A DNA stretch of 64,000 nt. It comes from Lama glama (lineage: Eukaryota). Location: positions 13,208,001-13,272,000 of the forward strand of contig CM052816.1 of the NCBI GenBank assembly GCA_028534125.1, in the 5' to 3' direction. The notes beneath the pieces were generated by a model. It saw nothing but the letters and a program-made list of their open reading frames with translations, had not been told where the DNA came from and searched no databases. The translations under genes and the position numbers were made by a program. Positions within the stretch are counted from its first letter, which is position 1, and each line of letters opens with the position of its first letter. Shown here in pieces: positions 60,549 through 64,000 of the stretch.

Positions 60549-61749
60549 TACTTATTTGACTACAGATAAAATACTTTAGTGTGGACAATGAAAGTGTTTG
60601 GCTTAGAAGCCCTTACTCATTTTTTTAAAGGCTAAAAATAAACTATTAGTGGTTATGGATTTCAATTTTTGCCTTTTTTTTTTTGATCAGCATTTCACAG
60701 TTTCATTGTCTACAAACACCATTTTTGACCATAAACCAAGGGAAACTTTAGCTTCCCCAAATATATTTAGGATCCTGGGATATTTTCCCAAAACAAGCAA
60801 TGCTAATTTCATATCAGTACATATTTGCAAAACCAACAAAAACAGACTGTACTGAGGAAACAACCTTAGTTTGGAAGAACAGTTACTTGAAAAGAAGAAA
60901 AATTTGACAGCCAAGTAAAGTTCAGTGCTCAGAAGTGGACCGTCATAAAGAGATGGCCGAGGAAGGGTGTTTCTCCCCACTACTCCCTTCTGATCATGTG
61001 GGTCCAGAAATGTATTACTGAGGACCTTCCCCCTGTTCAGTGTGGCACTTTGTGCTCAAGGGAAGGTGAAGAAATCATAAGTTCTTCCTGATCTCAAAGG
61101 AGCTTGTGTCTGGCTGGGGACACATGATGTAGATAAACGAAATAGTTAAGTGACAGTGAACTGTAGCAGGCAGTGAAGAGCGTTCCAGGGGGTCAGAGCA
61201 TGGTAAAGCAAGTGTCGGAGAAGGGACAGTCCAATGCATCATCTTTATTACGCGCATTCCCATTTCCTGCGGGTCGTGTCTTATCCCAGGCACCGAGCAG
61301 CTCCAGAGATGTGGCCCTAAGGCTGGCCTGAGGCAAGTTGCAAAATCCACCATATTGAGTTGTGGCCTTTTTGGGGACACTCCCTTCCTTCTGCTCCAGA
61401 ACAGGGGCCTATTGAAAAGAAGCAAATGAATTTTAGCTGCACCAGTGAAACTAACAGTTGAATACCAAGAGATATTCCTATTTTAACAAGCAACACAAAA
61501 TTAAGGAAGGAATGGAATCATAATGGTGGCATTTGAGGTATTTTACTCTTTTTAGTGAGATAATTTAGGGCAAAAGAGCCTTCCCTGTGTGCCTCAGTCA
61601 CAGCACCTCCTGTGTGGACAGATGAAGCCAGTCCTGTCTTTCCCCGGGAGCAGTGTCTACCTTGTGTTCATCCCTCCCCGTGTCCTTCCTCATCTCCAGT
61701 CCCCCACTGTGCATTTGCTTAAACACTGATGCTCTGAGATCGTGATAGC

Positions 61750-61938
61750 AGAGCAGTCCCAAACTAGTGGTAGCGAGCTCTTTCTGGGATACTGGAAGAG
61801 AAGTATGGATTTCTGTATCTGCCTCTCCTTACTACCCTCACCCCTGTCTGAGAGTTCCAGGGGCAGACCCCAAGAATCGGAACGTTTTAAAAAACTTCCC
61901 CGAAATTTTGGATGATCACCAGCAGTCGGAACCACTGC
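61750..61938. mobile_element. MER5-like hAT-Charlie element
   Basis: GTCCCAAACT...TTTTAAAAAACTTCCCCG...GGAACCACTG pattern; degraded. Confidence 0.45.
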
Positions 61939-62758
61939 CCTAAGGAGGACAACAAAGATGCCAGTAGACTCTACTGCCAAGGACGTGATTGTGAACGTGG
62001 AACCCTGCTAAAACGAGAGGCTTACAGTAGCCAAATAGTTCACATCCCCAGTTACATAAGAATAAAGTCAAAAGCACCTGGGCGGGTGGGTGCTGGCTCT
62101 TCATGCTGCCTGTGCCTGGGCTTTTTACCTGAGATGTCGTGAGCCCAGGGGAACGTGGGCAGATAAAGGCAGCTCAACCTGGAGAAGGGCAATGGTGCGA
62201 TGGAAAGAATCCTGTGGAAGAAAAGGCTCCCTTAAGGTCCTGCATCTGTAGGGCTTCAAGTCCTTATCTAAGAACTTACCTGAGGTTCTTTCTCACTCTG
62301 AACAATATAATTGTTACTGCAGTTGTGAGACAGTAAGGCTATGCTCTAACTCCCTTCTGCTTGTAACTTTTTCAGTTTATTTCTCCCACTGCTCTTCTGT
62401 GTCAAGTATGAGAACTTCTTCAGCTTCCTGTAATCATCTAAGTTTACTTTTTTGTTTCTCCTAATGGGTAATAATTTTTCCCATTTTGCCGTAGAAAAAT
62501 TCTTATTGGCACAGACCTAATTTTAGGGAGCCTCACTAGAAAGCCACATAACATTGAGGGTTTCCGAAAATACGGTAGTAGAGCGTTGTGCCTACTTTAA
62601 AAGGGGAAAAGTAGGCAAAAGTTTAAAAGAAAAATACCAGTCCTTGCCCTGTGTTTTGCATCTCTTGTATATTCATTCAGAGACTGTAAAGGAATTAACA
62701 TGATTTCTTTTGAAATAAGGATTTTTTTCTGTTTTTTTAAAAAGCACTGTATACTTTT

Positions 62759-63848
62759 TTGTGTCTGTATATATTGAAGTATAGTCAGTTTACAGTGTTG
62801 TGTCCATTTCTGGTGTACAGCACAATGCTTCAGTCATACATGAACATAAATACTTGTTTTTATATTCTTTTTCACCGTAAGTTACCATGAGATACTGAAT
62901 ATAGTCCCACGCGCTATACAGTAGAAACTTATTTATCTATTTTATATACAGTAGTTGGTATCTGCAAATCTCGATCTCCCAATTTATCCCGTGCCACCTC
63001 ATTCCCACCCCGGGTAACCATAAGTTTGTTTTCTATGTCTGTGATTCGGTTTTTGTTTTGTAAATAAGTTTGTGTTTTTTTTTTCTTTTTAGATTCCATG
63101 TATAAGTGATATCATATGGTATTTTTCTTTCTCTTTCTGGCTTACTTCACTTAGAATGACATTCTCCAGGTCCATCCATGTTGCTGCAAAAGGCATTGTT
63201 TTATTATTTTTTATGGCTGAGTAGTATTCCATTGTATAAATATATCACAGCTTCTTTTATCCAGTCATCTGTCGATGGGCATTTAGGCTGTTTCCATGTC
63301 TTGGCTATTGTATATAGTACTGCTATGTACATTGGTGTGCAGGTGTCTTTTTGAATTAAGGCTCCCTCCAAATATATGCCAAGGAGTGGGACTTCTGATA
63401 GGGTAAGTCTATTTTGAGTCTTTTGAGGAGTCTCCATACTATTTTTCACAATGGCTGCACCAAACTGCATTCCCACCACAGTGTAGGAGGGTTCTCTTTT
63501 GTCCACAGCCTCTTCAGCATTTGTCATTTGTGGACTTTTGAATGATGGCCATTCTAGCTGGTGTGAGGTGATGCCTCATTGTAATTTTGATTTGCATTTC
63601 TCTGATAGTTAGTGATATTGAGCATTTTTTTCATGCCGTCTGTTGGCCATTTGTATTTCTTCCTTGGAGAATTGCTTATTTACGTTCTCTGCCCATTTTT
63701 GGAATGGGTTTTTTTTTCTTATTATGCCGTATGAGCTGTTTATATATTCTGGAAATTAAGCTCTTGTCAGTCTCATCTTTTGTAAATATTTTCTCCCATT
63801 TGGTAGGTTGTCTTTTTGTTTTGCTTATGGTTTCCTTTGCTGTGCAAA
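62759..63848 (-). mobile_element. 5'-truncated L1 (ORF2 end plus 3'UTR)
   Basis: Minus-strand peptides [22 protein letters not shown] and KDTCTPMYIAVLYTIAKTWKQPKCPSTDDWIK; possible TSD ATACTTTT at 62751 and 63849. Confidence 0.93.
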
Positions 63849-64000
63849 ATACTTTTAACTCTTTTGTTCCTCTTTCATAAATCAATTGAGTGAATAATGC
63901 AAACTGATATAGTCAGTTCTCAGAGAAACAGACTGACAGAAATTGTAAAGTGGCAGCATGGTAGTATAACAGATGCTAATCTTTTGACTAGGTTTAAAAT

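Larger units (their letters stand above)
42891..64000 (+). other. NR3C1: NR3C1 intron 2 (intron B), partial
   Basis: Follows the exon 2 donor. No zinc-finger (exon 3) coding sequence is seen in the rest of the window, consistent with this intron being very long. Confidence 0.9.

Overview
Mammalian genomic DNA covering the 5' half of the glucocorticoid receptor gene NR3C1 on the + strand. It contains a distal exon-1A-like promoter/exon (~9.5-10.5 kb), the CpG island with alternative non-coding first exons 1D/1E/1B/1F/1C/1H-like (~36.8-40.4 kb), coding exon 2 (41679-42890, N-terminal AF-1 domain) and about 21 kb of intron 2. The rest is typical eutherian repeat landscape (L1, L2, MIR, MaLR/ERVL LTRs, hAT and Tigger elements, microsatellites) with two assembly gaps. 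tRNA-Ala-like Vic-1-type SINEs and the WRKK insertion in GR suggest a camelid (inference). I see no wholly new biological system. The most interesting signals concern GR translation and promoter control: the GR-B start codon (human Met27) reads GTG, first-exon uORFs enter different frames of the shared 13-nt exon-2 leader, exon-1A donors appear altered, there is a near-consensus GRE, and intron 2 has a diverged duplication. All comparisons with human or pig sequence are from memory and need an alignment to confirm; repeat subfamily names are by-eye calls.
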